Assembly (NCBI GenBank): GCA_947478395.1
Contig: CANJVR010000001.1
Location: forward strand, 64,001-128,000
Source: Opitutia bacterium
GTDB taxonomy: Bacteria; Verrucomicrobiota; Verrucomicrobiia; Opitutales; Opitutaceae
Reading direction: 5' to 3'
Length of the DNA stretch: 64,000 nt
Positions 1-8,719 of this stretch are shown here, in pieces. Position numbers and translations under genes: made by a program. How positions within the stretch are numbered: position 1 is the first letter of the stretch; the number at the start of each line of letters is the position of its first letter. The notes below the pieces were generated by a model. The model had not been told where the DNA came from and did not search any database. It saw only the letters and a list, made by a program, of their open reading frames with translations.

Positions 1-888
1 ACCGTTCATCCGGACTACGCGAAGAACGGCTGGGTTTATCTCGCCTACACCGAAGCCGGCCAGGCGCCGAATACAACGATGACCCGCATCGTGCGCGGCC
101 GCATCCGCGACGGCGCTTGGGTCGACCAAGAGGATATTTTCCATGCGGCGCAGGAGTTTTACTACGTCGCCTACGATCACTACGGCTGCCGTTTCCTCTG
201 GGACAAGGAAGGCCATTTATTTTTCACCATCGGCGAACGCGGCAAAGCCACGGACGCTCAAGACCTCCGCACGCCGTGCGGAAAAATTCACCGCGTTTTC
301 GACGACGGCCGCGTTCCGCCCGATAATCCCTTCGCGAACAAAGCCGGCGCGTACGGCTCGATCTGGAGCTACGGCAACCGCAACCCGCAGGGCCTGCAGT
401 TTCATCCGGCGACCGGCAAACTCTGGGCCACCGAGCACGGGCCAAACGGCGGCGACGAACTCAACCGCATCGAACCCGGGCACAATTACGGCTGGCCGGT
501 GATTTCCTACGGCACGCCGGCGCAGCGCGAAGTGATCGAAGGCACCGCGCGCGAAGGCATGGATCAGCCCGCGGCGTGGTGGGTGCCTTCGGCGGCACCA
601 TCGGGGATCACATTCTACACGGGCGATCGTTTCCCCCGCTGGAAAAACAGTCTGTTCATCGCCCACCTCGTCGGCCGGGTACTGCGGCGCGTCGAGACGG
701 ACGGCGACAAAGTCGTGCACCAGGAAATCGTGATCAATGAAATGGGCCGCGTGCGCGACGTCGTCCAAGGCCCTGACGGTTACTTGTACGTCGTCTTCAA
801 CAACCCCGGCCGTATCTCGCGCATCCTACCGGTACCTCCCGGCACCCCCGCCGGCCCGACCGTACCCGCCGCCGTCCCGCAAAAATAA
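1..888 (+). CDS. PQQ-dependent sugar (glucose/sorbosone) dehydrogenase family protein, copy 1, 5' end outside window
   Basis: Frame is open from base 1 (TVHPDYAKNGWVYLAY...). GSDH motifs IWSYGNRNPQGL, TEHGPNGGDELN, NYGWP and GRVRDVVQGPDG. Differs from copy 2 at 14 of 269 aa. Confidence 0.9.
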   Translation, partial: TVHPDYAKNGWVYLAYTEAGQAPNTTMTRIVRGRIRDGAWVDQEDIFHAAQEFYYVAYDHYGCRFLWDKEGHLFFTIGERGKATDAQDLRTPCGKIHRVFDDGRVPPDNPFANKAGAYGSIWSYGNRNPQGLQFHPATGKLWATEHGPNGGDELNRIEPGHNYGWPVISYGTPAQREVIEGTAREGMDQPAAWWVPSAAPSGITFYTGDRFPRWKNSLFIAHLVGRVLRRVETDGDKVVHQEIVINEMGRVRDVVQGPDGYLYVVFNNPGRISRILPVPPGTPAGPTVPAAVPQK

Positions 889-918
889 TCGGGAGTCGGA
901 GTGGCCCGCGAAGCACGC

Positions 919-1098
919 TAGAGCGGTTTAATTTTTTCCCTGCCCGTTTGGTGTAGCGGCAGGCGTCTCTGCCTGCCGAGTTCGGGACCCTCGTAGCGGC
1001 AGGCGTCTCTGCCTGCCGGGTTCAGGGCCCTCGTTGCGGCAGGCAGGGACGCCTGCCGCTACGTCATCAGCGACGATGCTTTTGGTTGAACCGCTTTA
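919..1098 (+). mobile_element. MITE/REPIN-like element, 180 bp, three REP units
   Basis: Imperfect terminal inverted repeats TAGAGCGGTTTAA (919-931) and TTGAACCGCTTTA (1086-1098). Internal GTAGCGGCAGGCGTCYCTGCCTGCC at 953-977 and 993-1017, and inverted at 1038-1062. Confidence 0.8.
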
Positions 1099-1258
1099 AC
1101 GCGCCGTTTCGGGCCATCTCAGACCGGAGCAAAGGAGGCGCCAACGACACGCACCGATCGCGATCAACCGCGGCACTCATATGGTCGCGCTCGGGCAACG
1201 ACGGCGATAAAAGTAAATTGAAGTCCTAGCGCGCCGGCGTTGAAGTTCGCTCCACCCC

Positions 1259-2722
1259 ATGCGTTTTTCCCCCTTTCTCCGGATCATTCCGCTCGCCACG
1301 GCTCTCGCCCTTTCCGCCGCCCTACCCGCCGCCGAGGTCCGCACGCCTGACCAGATTTCAACGCAATACTGCGTCGGTTGCCACGGCCCCAATCTCGTCG
1401 GCGGCACCGCCCCCAGCTTGCTTGACAACATCTGGGTCCACGGCTCCGACAACGCTTCCATCCTGAAGGGCATTCGCGACGGCTATCCGCTCACCGGCAT
1501 GGTTGGCTTCGGCTCGGTCCTCTCGGAGGCCGAACAGACAGCACTGGTCGCCTACATCCGCGCGCAAGGCCGGAAATTCGGCTCTGGCCAGATCTCCGCC
1601 CCACCGCCGCCCGACTCGATCGTCATCAAAAGCGAACTACACGACTTCCGCCTCGAACTGTTCGCCGCGCCGCTCGACACGCCGTGGGGCATGGTCTTTT
1701 TGCCAGATGGAAAAATCCTCGTCACCGAGCGCATCGGCGCGCTGCGCGTAATCGAAAACGGCAAGCTCCTGCCCGATCCGATTCGCGACACGCCGAAACC
1801 ATTGGTGCGCCAAGACGGCGGGTTCCTCGATGTCACCGTTCATCCCGACTACGCGAAAAACGGCTGGGTTTACCTCGCCTACACCGAATCCGGCACGGCG
1901 CCCAACACCACCATGACGCGCGTCGTGCGCGGCCGCATTCGCGACGGCGCGTGGGTCGACCAGGAAGATATTTTCCATGCGAGCCAGGAATTTTATTACG
2001 TCGCCTATGATCACTACGGCTGCCGTTTCCTCTGGGACAAGGAAGGTCATTTGTTTTTCACGATTGGCGAACGCGGCAAGTCCACGGACGCGCAGGACCT
2101 CCGCAGCCCGTGCGGAAAAGTCCACCGCGTGTTCGACGACGGGCGCGTCCCGCCCGACAATCCCTTCGCGAACAAAGCCGGCGCGTACGGCTCGATCTGG
2201 AGCTACGGCAACCGCAACCCCCAAGGCCTGCAGTTTCATCCGGTGACGGGAAAATTATGGGAGACCGAGCACGGTCCCGTGGGCGGCGACGAATTGAACC
2301 GCATCGAGCCGGGCCACAACTACGGCTGGCCGGTGATTTCCTACGGCACGCCGGCGCGGCGCGAAGTGATTGAAGGCACCGCGCGCGAAGGGCTGGATCA
2401 GCCCGCGGCGTGGTGGGTCCCCTCGGCGGCACCGTCGGGTATTACGTTCTACACCGGCGATCGTTTTCCCCGCTGGAAAAACAGTCTATTCATCGCGCAC
2501 CTCGTCGGCCGCCAGTTGCGGCGCGTCGAGACGGACGGCGACAAAGTCGTACACCAGGAAATCGTGATCAATGAAATGGGCCGCGTGCGGGACGTCGTCC
2601 AAGGCCCTGACGGTTATTTGTACGTTCTGTTCAACAATCCCGGGCGCATCTCGCGCATCCTGCCGGTGCCGGCCGGCACGCCCGCTGGTCCGACGGTGCC
2701 GGCCGCCGCCCCGCAAAAATAA
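1259..2722 (+). CDS. Secreted cytochrome c - PQQ-dependent sugar dehydrogenase fusion, copy 2
   Basis: Signal peptide, CVGCH haem c motif, then the GSDH beta-propeller motifs. Confidence 0.92.
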   Translation: MRFSPFLRIIPLATALALSAALPAAEVRTPDQISTQYCVGCHGPNLVGGTAPSLLDNIWVHGSDNASILKGIRDGYPLTGMVGFGSVLSEAEQTALVAYIRAQGRKFGSGQISAPPPPDSIVIKSELHDFRLELFAAPLDTPWGMVFLPDGKILVTERIGALRVIENGKLLPDPIRDTPKPLVRQDGGFLDVTVHPDYAKNGWVYLAYTESGTAPNTTMTRVVRGRIRDGAWVDQEDIFHASQEFYYVAYDHYGCRFLWDKEGHLFFTIGERGKSTDAQDLRSPCGKVHRVFDDGRVPPDNPFANKAGAYGSIWSYGNRNPQGLQFHPVTGKLWETEHGPVGGDELNRIEPGHNYGWPVISYGTPARREVIEGTAREGLDQPAAWWVPSAAPSGITFYTGDRFPRWKNSLFIAHLVGRQLRRVETDGDKVVHQEIVINEMGRVRDVVQGPDGYLYVLFNNPGRISRILPVPAGTPAGPTVPAAAPQK

Positions 2723-2752
2723 TCGGCCGTCAGAGTTGCGCGCGAAGCACGC

Positions 2753-2931
2753 TAGAGCGGTTTAAGTTTTCCCCGCCCCGTTTGGTGTAGCGGCAGGCGT
2801 CTCTGCCTGCCGAGTTCAGGCCCCTCGTAGCGGCAGGCGTCTCTGCCTGCCGGGTTCGGGCCCTCGTCTCGGCAGGCAGGGACGCCTGCCGCTACGTCGT
2901 GAGCTGCTACGTTTTTCGTTGAACCGTTCCA
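2753..2931 (+). mobile_element. MITE/REPIN-like element, 179 bp, three REP units
   Basis: TAGAGCGGTTTAA at 2753. REPs at 2787-2811 and 2827-2851, inverted at 2871-2895. Right end TTGAACCGTTCCA at 2919-2931. Confidence 0.8.
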
Positions 2932-3130
2932 AACACACGAAACCAGAGCGCAGCCGAACGGACTTCAGAGCATTCAACCGCCCTCCGTGTCTGTGATCGT
3001 GCGAGGGTTCTTCGCATCGATCCGAAGGTTTTCATTTCGCGTGTTTCGCGGGTAAATTCATCGGCCATCTTCTGGCGTGAGAAAGTTTCCGCCCTGAGCC
3101 CGGTCGAACGCGGCGGCGCTCCGCGCCCGG

Positions 3131-3313
3131 GTGTGTTTCACCGCCGCTTTCGGCCCCCGCCTGCTTCGCAAACACGAAGCCGAGCGAATCATGGGATGCG
3201 AAATCCAATGCGCGCACTACGCGACGGCCATCGAAATTCTCGGACAAGGCGTACAGACCCGGGTCTTCAAAGAAATTCTGGCGCAAATTGGGCGTTTTCT
3301 AGAACACGGCTGA
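3131..3313 (+). pseudogene. Probable C-terminal remnant of a DNA (cytosine-5) methyltransferase
   Basis: GPRLLRKHEAERIMG...ATAIEILGQGVQTRVFKEILAQIG resembles C5-MTase motif IX (RxLxxxExxRxMG) and motif X (LGxxV). No upstream catalytic motifs. Lies next to an HNH nuclease and a vsr remnant. Confidence 0.45.
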
Positions 3314-3383
3314 ACTCAAAAAATATTCTCAATTCAGCAGTTCAAACGTCGGGTAATTCAAGCTAGCGGGATCGTCGACGTCT

Positions 3384-4268
3384 TTACCCTTTAAATTTCA
3401 CCTCTCGATGGTAGCGCAAGAAAACTTGATGAGGTGCAAAAGATGAGTCCTTCGGCAGAAAAATACGGCCTTCAGGATTCAAAAGACGCTTAACCGGTTC
3501 GGGCACCAATCCCGCGGCTTGCAGAATCTGTCCATCATCCTGAATCGACAGAAATCCGCGGTCAAACAACCAGTGAACCGTCCGAGATAGCGCTATTCCG
3601 TTGCGGGGAGAGTCCGGGCCTTCGTCTTCAACCGGTTTGATGTGCGCGGCTTCAATCTCGGACCGACCTCCACCGTTAATGAGCTTCAAACCAGTCATCG
3701 CGCAGGTTCGGTCATAGGCAGCCTTGATCACCCGAGAAAATGCCGCATCTCGCAGCGGCCTCGAAATGATCGCGATGCGGCGCGGCCCATTATATTCCGC
3801 CTGCGTCTCTGCTACGGCGAATTCGTTAGCAACAACCGACTCGTCACCACTCACATCAGATATGGCTGTCGTCATTCCCAGCTGGCAGATTTTCCGGAAA
3901 TCTTCCGCTACCAACAGTCTCACTGAATTTATGAACGCTCCCGGATTCGTCGAACCATCGGAATTACGCAGTGAGGATTCTATGAGCGTGCCGGCGATTT
4001 TGAAAGGCACTGGCTCTGGAAATTCGAGGTAGTCAGCGATGTTTGCATAAAAATGCTCTGCCTTTGATGCATCAGGATTAACGCTGACAACTCGCGCCAT
4101 CGCAAAATACACCTGCCTGCCTCCGTCGCGCCGCGACTCATAGTAGAGAATCCAATCACCAACGGCTTCCGAAACTCTCTTCAGATATTGCTTGGGAAAG
4201 TGATAGCGTACCTCGACGGCGTCGTCGTATGAAGATTCTAGCTTTGCGGTAAAAACAGCGTTGGCCAC
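3384..4268 (-). CDS. HNH endonuclease with N-terminal PUA/EVE-like domain; putative modification-dependent restriction enzyme
   Basis: C-terminal RDAAF..AYDRTCAMTG..EAAHIKP..GPDSPRNGIALSRTVHWLFDRG (HNH_2 type). N-terminal YDD..RYHFP..GDWILYYE..YFAMARV. Likely GTG start at 4268 (ORF track extends to 4346). Visibly lower GC than the flanks. Confidence 0.85.
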   Translation of the reverse strand: MANAVFTAKLESSYDDAVEVRYHFPKQYLKRVSEAVGDWILYYESRRDGGRQVYFAMARVVSVNPDASKAEHFYANIADYLEFPEPVPFKIAGTLIESSLRNSDGSTNPGAFINSVRLLVAEDFRKICQLGMTTAISDVSGDESVVANEFAVAETQAEYNGPRRIAIISRPLRDAAFSRVIKAAYDRTCAMTGLKLINGGGRSEIEAAHIKPVEDEGPDSPRNGIALSRTVHWLFDRGFLSIQDDGQILQAAGLVPEPVKRLLNPEGRIFLPKDSSFAPHQVFLRYHREVKFKG

Positions 4269-4345
4269 GAGATTTCCAGCCACTAAATCACTGAAGCAGG
4301 CCGGTTGTCTATTCGGTAAACGAATTTGAACGTTAGGAACTTCCA

Positions 4346-4549
4346 CACGGCTGCCCGAAACACGGCACCCGTCCCAAGGCTAACGCCGGATTCTGGCTCG
4401 CCAAGATCAACGGCAACAGGGCACGGGACCGGCGGGTGAATCGACTGATGCGCGCCAAGGGCTGGCGCGTGTCGCGGATCTGGGAGCATGAACTCGCCAA
4501 GAAAAATGAACCTCGATTGATCGTCCGCCTGATCCGGGCACTGCGCTGA
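4346..4549 (+). pseudogene. vsr: Very-short-patch repair endonuclease, 3' half only
   Basis: Manual translation gives HGCPKHGTRPKANAGFWLAKINGNRARDRRVNRLMRAKGWRVSRIWEHELAKK...*, the typical Vsr C-terminus. No start codon or N-terminal half. Confidence 0.85.
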
Positions 4550-4591
4550 GGCCTGACTTGCGTTGATTCACCCTTTTGACGCGTTCGCGCC

Positions 4592-4810
4592 CTGCTCAAT
4601 GGGTCGCAGTGTCCCGCCGTCGAGCGAATCACGGAAAAGGTCAGCGGAGTCTGGCTTTTCAAAGGCACACGCGTCCCCGTCAAAGCCCTCTTCTAAAATC
4701 CGGAAAGCGGCGCAACGGTGGCGGAGTTTATCGAATGGTTTCCCGGTGCGACGCGTGCCCAAGTCGAAGCCGTGCTGGAACACGCCCAGCGCAGTCGCGT
4801 CGAGGCTTGA
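4592..4810 (+). pseudogene. DUF433-family antitoxin-like gene, disrupted
   Basis: Manual translation gives LLNGSQCPAVERITEKVSGVWLFKGTRVPVKALF*NPESGATVAEFIEWFPGATRAQVEAVLEHA. In-frame TAA at 4694-4696 and CTG where a start is expected. Confidence 0.8.
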
Positions 4811-4816
4811 GGCCCG

Positions 4817-5227
4817 TCACCACACCACCTTTACCCCGACCGAAGGAGCGAACGCGGTCATCAGCGGATCGATCGTCATCAGCGGTAGCCCGTGCACCAC
4901 GGCGGTCGCGAGAATGTGCCGGTCGCACGGATCGCGATGCGGCCAGTCGAAGGCAGCCGCTAGCCAAGCAATGCGTGGCGTGACCGGCCGCACGTTAAAA
5001 CAGAGCCCAAAGGCCTCCAACCATGACATGGGAGCGGCCGCACCGGGAACAACCTTGCCGTCTTTTAGCAGTCGCGCGACTTCGGTGAGAGTCACATCGG
5101 ACACCGCCAGGGCCGCCGGAGACAAATTCGACAGCGTGGCACGAGCGGTCCGGCCCAAACGCATGGGTTCGAGTTGGGCCCAAAGCGCCGCGTGTGTGTC
5201 CAGCACGTAACGCAAACCCGTGCTCAT
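4817..5227 (-). CDS. vapC: PIN-domain toxin, VapC family
   Basis: YVLDTHAALW, S.VTLTEVA, HRDPCDRHILATA and LMTID motifs. Its ATG overlaps the stop of the upstream small gene (ATGA). Confidence 0.88.
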   Translation of the reverse strand: MSTGLRYVLDTHAALWAQLEPMRLGRTARATLSNLSPAALAVSDVTLTEVARLLKDGKVVPGAAAPMSWLEAFGLCFNVRPVTPRIAWLAAAFDWPHRDPCDRHILATAVVHGLPLMTIDPLMTAFAPSVGVKVVW

Positions 5228-5451
5228 CGCGCCCACTCTTTGGCCGGAATGACCGGAGCGGACGGATCGTATCCCGCCGCCAGCGTCGCCGTGCCGGCCA
5301 GCGTGCCAAGCGAGATCTTGGGTGGCTCGAACGCGAGACCGCGCTCCACCGTTTCTGCGAGATAAGCGGAAAGAGGAATCCTCGCCGCTTTGGCGCGCTG
5401 CCGCAGACGGCGTGACAACGGCTCCGTAGCATGGAATGAAAGGGTGGGCAT
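5224..5451 (-). CDS. Putative cognate antitoxin (RHH/CopG-like)
   Basis: 75 aa, beta-strand then helices (TLSFH..LSRRLRQRAK..LSAYLAETVE). Translationally coupled to the PIN toxin. Confidence 0.75.
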   Translation of the reverse strand: MPTLSFHATEPLSRRLRQRAKAARIPLSAYLAETVERGLAFEPPKISLGTLAGTATLAAGYDPSAPVIPAKEWAR

Positions 5452-5485
5452 ACCTATAGGTTTTCGACAGGTATGACCCTGTCAA
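5449..5485 (-). promoter_or_regulatory. Candidate TA promoter/operator
   Basis: TTGACA on the minus strand at 5480-5485. Inverted repeat CATACCT-N13-AGGTATG (5449-5475) overlaps the start codon. No clear -10 element. Confidence 0.45.
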
Positions 5486-5554
5486 GCCGCTCGCTCCGCG
5501 GGGAAACCCATTCCCACGTCCATCCCCCTCCCCATCCGTTCCGGGAACGCCCGC

Positions 5555-6778
5555 TCACCGCAGCGCCATCGTCCGCACGACCACGAGGCCGGCGAGCGTG
5601 CAGACCGCCAAGCCCACGGCCATCGGCATCACCGTGCCGTTGTGCAGCATTCCGACCAGCGCACCCGACGCAGCGCCGAGACCGAATTGAAACACGCCGA
5701 GCAGCGCCGATGCGCTGCCGGCCACTTCGCCATGCGGCGCCATCGCGAGCGCGGCGACGTTGGGGAAAATAATTCCCGCCGCCGACATGCTCAGGAAAAT
5801 CAGACCGATCAGCGCGGCCATCCCACCCCAGCCCGTCGCGGCGGCCAGCACGAGCAAAACTCCGGCGGCGGCGTTGAGCCCAAATCCGAGGAGCAACACA
5901 CGGGGCAGCGAATGGCGCCGGAGCAACCAACGGTTGAGTTGCGAGGCGCCGATCAGTCCCACCGCGTTGAAACCAAACACCAGCGCATAGGCCTGCGGCG
6001 ACAATCCGTGGAGTTCGATAAACACAAACGACGACGACGACAAATACGCGAAGAGCGCACCGAGCGTGAAGCCCGCCGCCAGCACCGCGCCCAAAAAGCG
6101 GACGTCGCGCAACAGCCGCAGATAAGTGCGCAGCGCCAGACCCACGCCGCCGACTTCCCGTCGCTCGCGCGGCAACGTTTCCGGCAGTCCCCAGCCCACC
6201 GCGGCTGCGCACGCGCCACCGATGACGGCCAGCACCCAAAAAATTTCCCGCCAACCCGTCCAGCCGAGCATTTGTCCGCCCAACGAGGGCGCGAGAATCG
6301 GCGACACGCCAAGGATCAACATCAGAATGGAATACACGCGGGCCGAATCGTCTTCGTGCGCGAAGCGGTCACGCACCACCGCGCGCGGAATCACCATGCT
6401 CGCCGAGCCGCCGAGCGCCATCACCAGCCGCCAGCCCAACAAGCTCGTGAGCGATTGCGCGCCCGCGCAGCCGATCGCCGCGACCACAAACACGGCGAGG
6501 CCGGCCAGTAACGGCCCCCGCCGGCCCCAGCGATCTGCGATCGGTCCGTAAAATGCCTGGCCCAACGCGAGTCCGATCATGAAAACCGAGAGCGTCAGTT
6601 GCACCCGCCCAGGCGCGAGCGCGAGATCGCGCGAAATCTGCGGCAACGCCGGCAGGTACATGTCGACCGCCAGGGGCCCCAAGGCCGTGAGCGCCCCGAG
6701 CACCAGGATGAACGCGCGTCCCGGGGCCGCCGCGTTGGCGACGTCAGGGGAAAATTGCTGGGATGAAGCGACCGGCAT
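5555..6778 (-). CDS. Bcr/CflA family multidrug efflux MFS transporter
   Basis: LTALGPLAVDMYLPALP, GPIADRWGRR, SPILAPSLGG and LPETL motifs; about 12 hydrophobic segments. Start uncertain. Confidence 0.92.
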   Translation of the reverse strand: MPVASSQQFSPDVANAAAPGRAFILVLGALTALGPLAVDMYLPALPQISRDLALAPGRVQLTLSVFMIGLALGQAFYGPIADRWGRRGPLLAGLAVFVVAAIGCAGAQSLTSLLGWRLVMALGGSASMVIPRAVVRDRFAHEDDSARVYSILMLILGVSPILAPSLGGQMLGWTGWREIFWVLAVIGGACAAAVGWGLPETLPRERREVGGVGLALRTYLRLLRDVRFLGAVLAAGFTLGALFAYLSSSSFVFIELHGLSPQAYALVFGFNAVGLIGASQLNRWLLRRHSLPRVLLLGFGLNAAAGVLLVLAAATGWGGMAALIGLIFLSMSAAGIIFPNVAALAMAPHGEVAGSASALLGVFQFGLGAASGALVGMLHNGTVMPMAVGLAVCTLAGLVVVRTMALR

Positions 6779-6906
6779 GGCTCGCCCACTGAGTCGCATC
6801 GATCGGCCCACGCAACTCATCCCGCAAAAAAACCGCGCCGCGGAAGAAAATCGTCGCCGGCCTTTCGTGGATCGCTTCACGTCGCGGGCACCTGTTTTCC
6901 TTTCCC

Positions 6907-7353
6907 ATGAAACCCCTCGCCTGCCTCATCGCCTTGATCACCGCCTCCACCATGTTCTCCGCTCAAACTCCCGAGTCCGCCAAAACGCCCGATCCCATGG
7001 GCTCCGCCGTGTTTCCGTGGGAAGCACTCATGCCCAACACGCCGACCAAGACGGGCGCGCGCCGGGCGGTGTTCGACGTGCCGACGGCCACGCTCGAAAA
7101 GTTTCACCTTCACGTCTCGACGCTCAATCCCGGGGAAAACACCGGCGCCCTGCACCGTCACCCGCAGGAGGAGCTCGTGATCATCAAAGAGGGTACGCTC
7201 GAAATTAACATCGACGGCAAAAAGACAACGGCCGGCCCCGGCTCGGCAATTTTCTATTCGGCGAATGAAAACGAAAACATGACCAACGTGGGAAAAACGC
7301 CCGCGACGTACTACGTCATCCAGTTTTTCACGGCGCTGACGCCGAAGAGCTGA
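6907..7353 (+). CDS. Secreted cupin domain protein
   Basis: Signal peptide; HRHPQEELVIIKEG...AGPGS cupin motifs. Confidence 0.85.
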   Translation: MKPLACLIALITASTMFSAQTPESAKTPDPMGSAVFPWEALMPNTPTKTGARRAVFDVPTATLEKFHLHVSTLNPGENTGALHRHPQEELVIIKEGTLEINIDGKKTTAGPGSAIFYSANENENMTNVGKTPATYYVIQFFTALTPKS

Positions 7354-7373
7354 GCGTTTTTTTCCGACGAGCC

Positions 7374-7512
7374 GCGGGCGGTTTAATTTTTTCCGCGGCC
7401 GTCTTGTGTAGCGGCAGGCGTCTCTGCCTGCCGGGTTCGGCGCCCTCGTTTCGGCAGGCAGGGACGCCTGCCGCTACCCGCGAGCGGCTCCGCTTTTGGT
7501 TAAACCGCGCTA
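7374..7512 (+). mobile_element. MITE/REPIN-like element, 139 bp, two REP units
   Basis: GGGCGGTTTAATTTTTTCC left end. REP at 7408-7432, inverted REP at 7453-7477. Right end TTAAACCGCGCTA, whose CTA is the stop codon of the downstream minus-strand gene. Confidence 0.8.
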
Positions 7513-7797
7513 CGTCGCGAGTTTTTCGATCCGCCCAGCCAGAGCGACGTCCTTGGCCGTGACCTTCCCGCCGGCGTCGTGGGTGTTCAATCGCACCGCG
7601 ACGCGGTTGTAGACGTTGGTCCACTCGGGGTGATGATTCAACGCTTCGGCCTCAAACCCGACGTGCAGCATGAAGGCCATCGCGGCCCGAAAATCCTTGA
7701 ACGAATAGGCCTTCGCCAATGCGTCGCGTTCGAACGTCCAGCCCGGCAATCGGGCCAAGGCGCTCTTAATTTTTTTCAACGGCAGCGGTTTGCTCAT
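7510..7797 (-). CDS. phhB: Pterin-4-alpha-carbinolamine dehydratase
   Basis: FKDFRAAMAF..AEALNHHPEWTNVYNRV..LNTHDAGG.VTAKD motif. Confidence 0.92.
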   Translation of the reverse strand: MSKPLPLKKIKSALARLPGWTFERDALAKAYSFKDFRAAMAFMLHVGFEAEALNHHPEWTNVYNRVAVRLNTHDAGGKVTAKDVALAGRIEKLAT

Positions 7798-7916
7798 TCG
7801 CCACCGGTGTCAGAGCGGCTCCGCGAGGTCAAACGCGGGGCCGAAATCCCGCGCGCGATTGCCGCGAAGGCTGCTTGTCAAACCGAAGCGCGACTCCCTA
7901 ACGTTCGCTCCTCAGC

Positions 7917-8702
7917 ATGAGTCAACCGCCCGCCCGCCCTGAGCCTGTCGAACGGGCGCCAGCCAACATCCCCAAGCACGTCGCCATCATCATGGATGGC
8001 AACGGTCGCTGGGCGAAACAGCGTGGCCTACCGCGGATCGAGGGCCACCGCCGCGGCGTCGAAACCGTGCGGACGACGACGTTTGCCGCCCGCGATCTCG
8101 GCGTGAAGGTGCTCACCCTGTACGCCTTTTCCGTCGAGAATTGGAAACGGCCGCAGGACGAAGTCGGGGGCCTGATGACCCTCCTTGAGTTCTACCTGAA
8201 AAAAGAGCTGAAGACGTTCATCCGCGACCGCGTCCGCTTGCTCACGATCGGCCGGACCGAGGAACTCCCGGCGAGCGTGCAAGAATTGCTGCGCGAAACG
8301 ATCGCGGCGACCAAGGATTTTCACGACTACACGCTGGTGCTCGCGCTGAACTACGGCGCGCGCACCGAGGTGATCGACGCCGCCCAGGCCTACGCGGCCG
8401 CATTGGCCGATGGACGTGAAAAACTCAACGACCGTTCCTGGGAAACGTTCAGCCGGTATCTTTACACGGCCGAACTGCCCGAGCCCGATCTTGTGATCCG
8501 CACGTCCGGCGAATCGCGGATCAGCAATTTTCTGCTGCTGCAAGCGGCGTACGCTGAATTTGTTTTCAGCCCGGTGCTCTGGCCCGATTTCACCAAGGAC
8601 GACCTCGCGGCCGCGATCGCCGACTACGCGAAACGGGAGCGGCGGTACGGCCTCACCAGCGAACAGCTCAAACCGCCCGCCGGCGTTTCCGTCAGCGCTT
8701 AA
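7917..8702 (+). CDS. uppS: Undecaprenyl diphosphate synthase
   Basis: PKHVAIIMDGNGRWA, YAFSVENWKRP and PDLVIRTSGESRISNFLL motifs. Confidence 0.97.
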   Translation: MSQPPARPEPVERAPANIPKHVAIIMDGNGRWAKQRGLPRIEGHRRGVETVRTTTFAARDLGVKVLTLYAFSVENWKRPQDEVGGLMTLLEFYLKKELKTFIRDRVRLLTIGRTEELPASVQELLRETIAATKDFHDYTLVLALNYGARTEVIDAAQAYAAALADGREKLNDRSWETFSRYLYTAELPEPDLVIRTSGESRISNFLLLQAAYAEFVFSPVLWPDFTKDDLAAAIADYAKRERRYGLTSEQLKPPAGVSVSA

Positions 8703-8719
8703 GCGCACGCGCTTTCCCC

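Noticed and set aside
953..1062. 25-bp palindromic direct repeats as a CRISPR array (also 2787-2895)
   Set aside because: Only two direct copies plus one inverted copy, 15-bp similar spacers, dispersed copies elsewhere and no cas genes. This is REP architecture.
3131..3313. Alternative reading of this fragment as a GxxExxY protein N-terminus
   Set aside because: The GxxExxY motif itself is absent. The fit to C5-MTase motifs IX-X and the vsr context is better, though still unconfirmed.
4563..5210. ORFs 4563-5210 (+) and 4568-4783 (-)
   Set aside because: They overlap the DUF433 pseudogene and vapC, whose frames carry clear family motifs.
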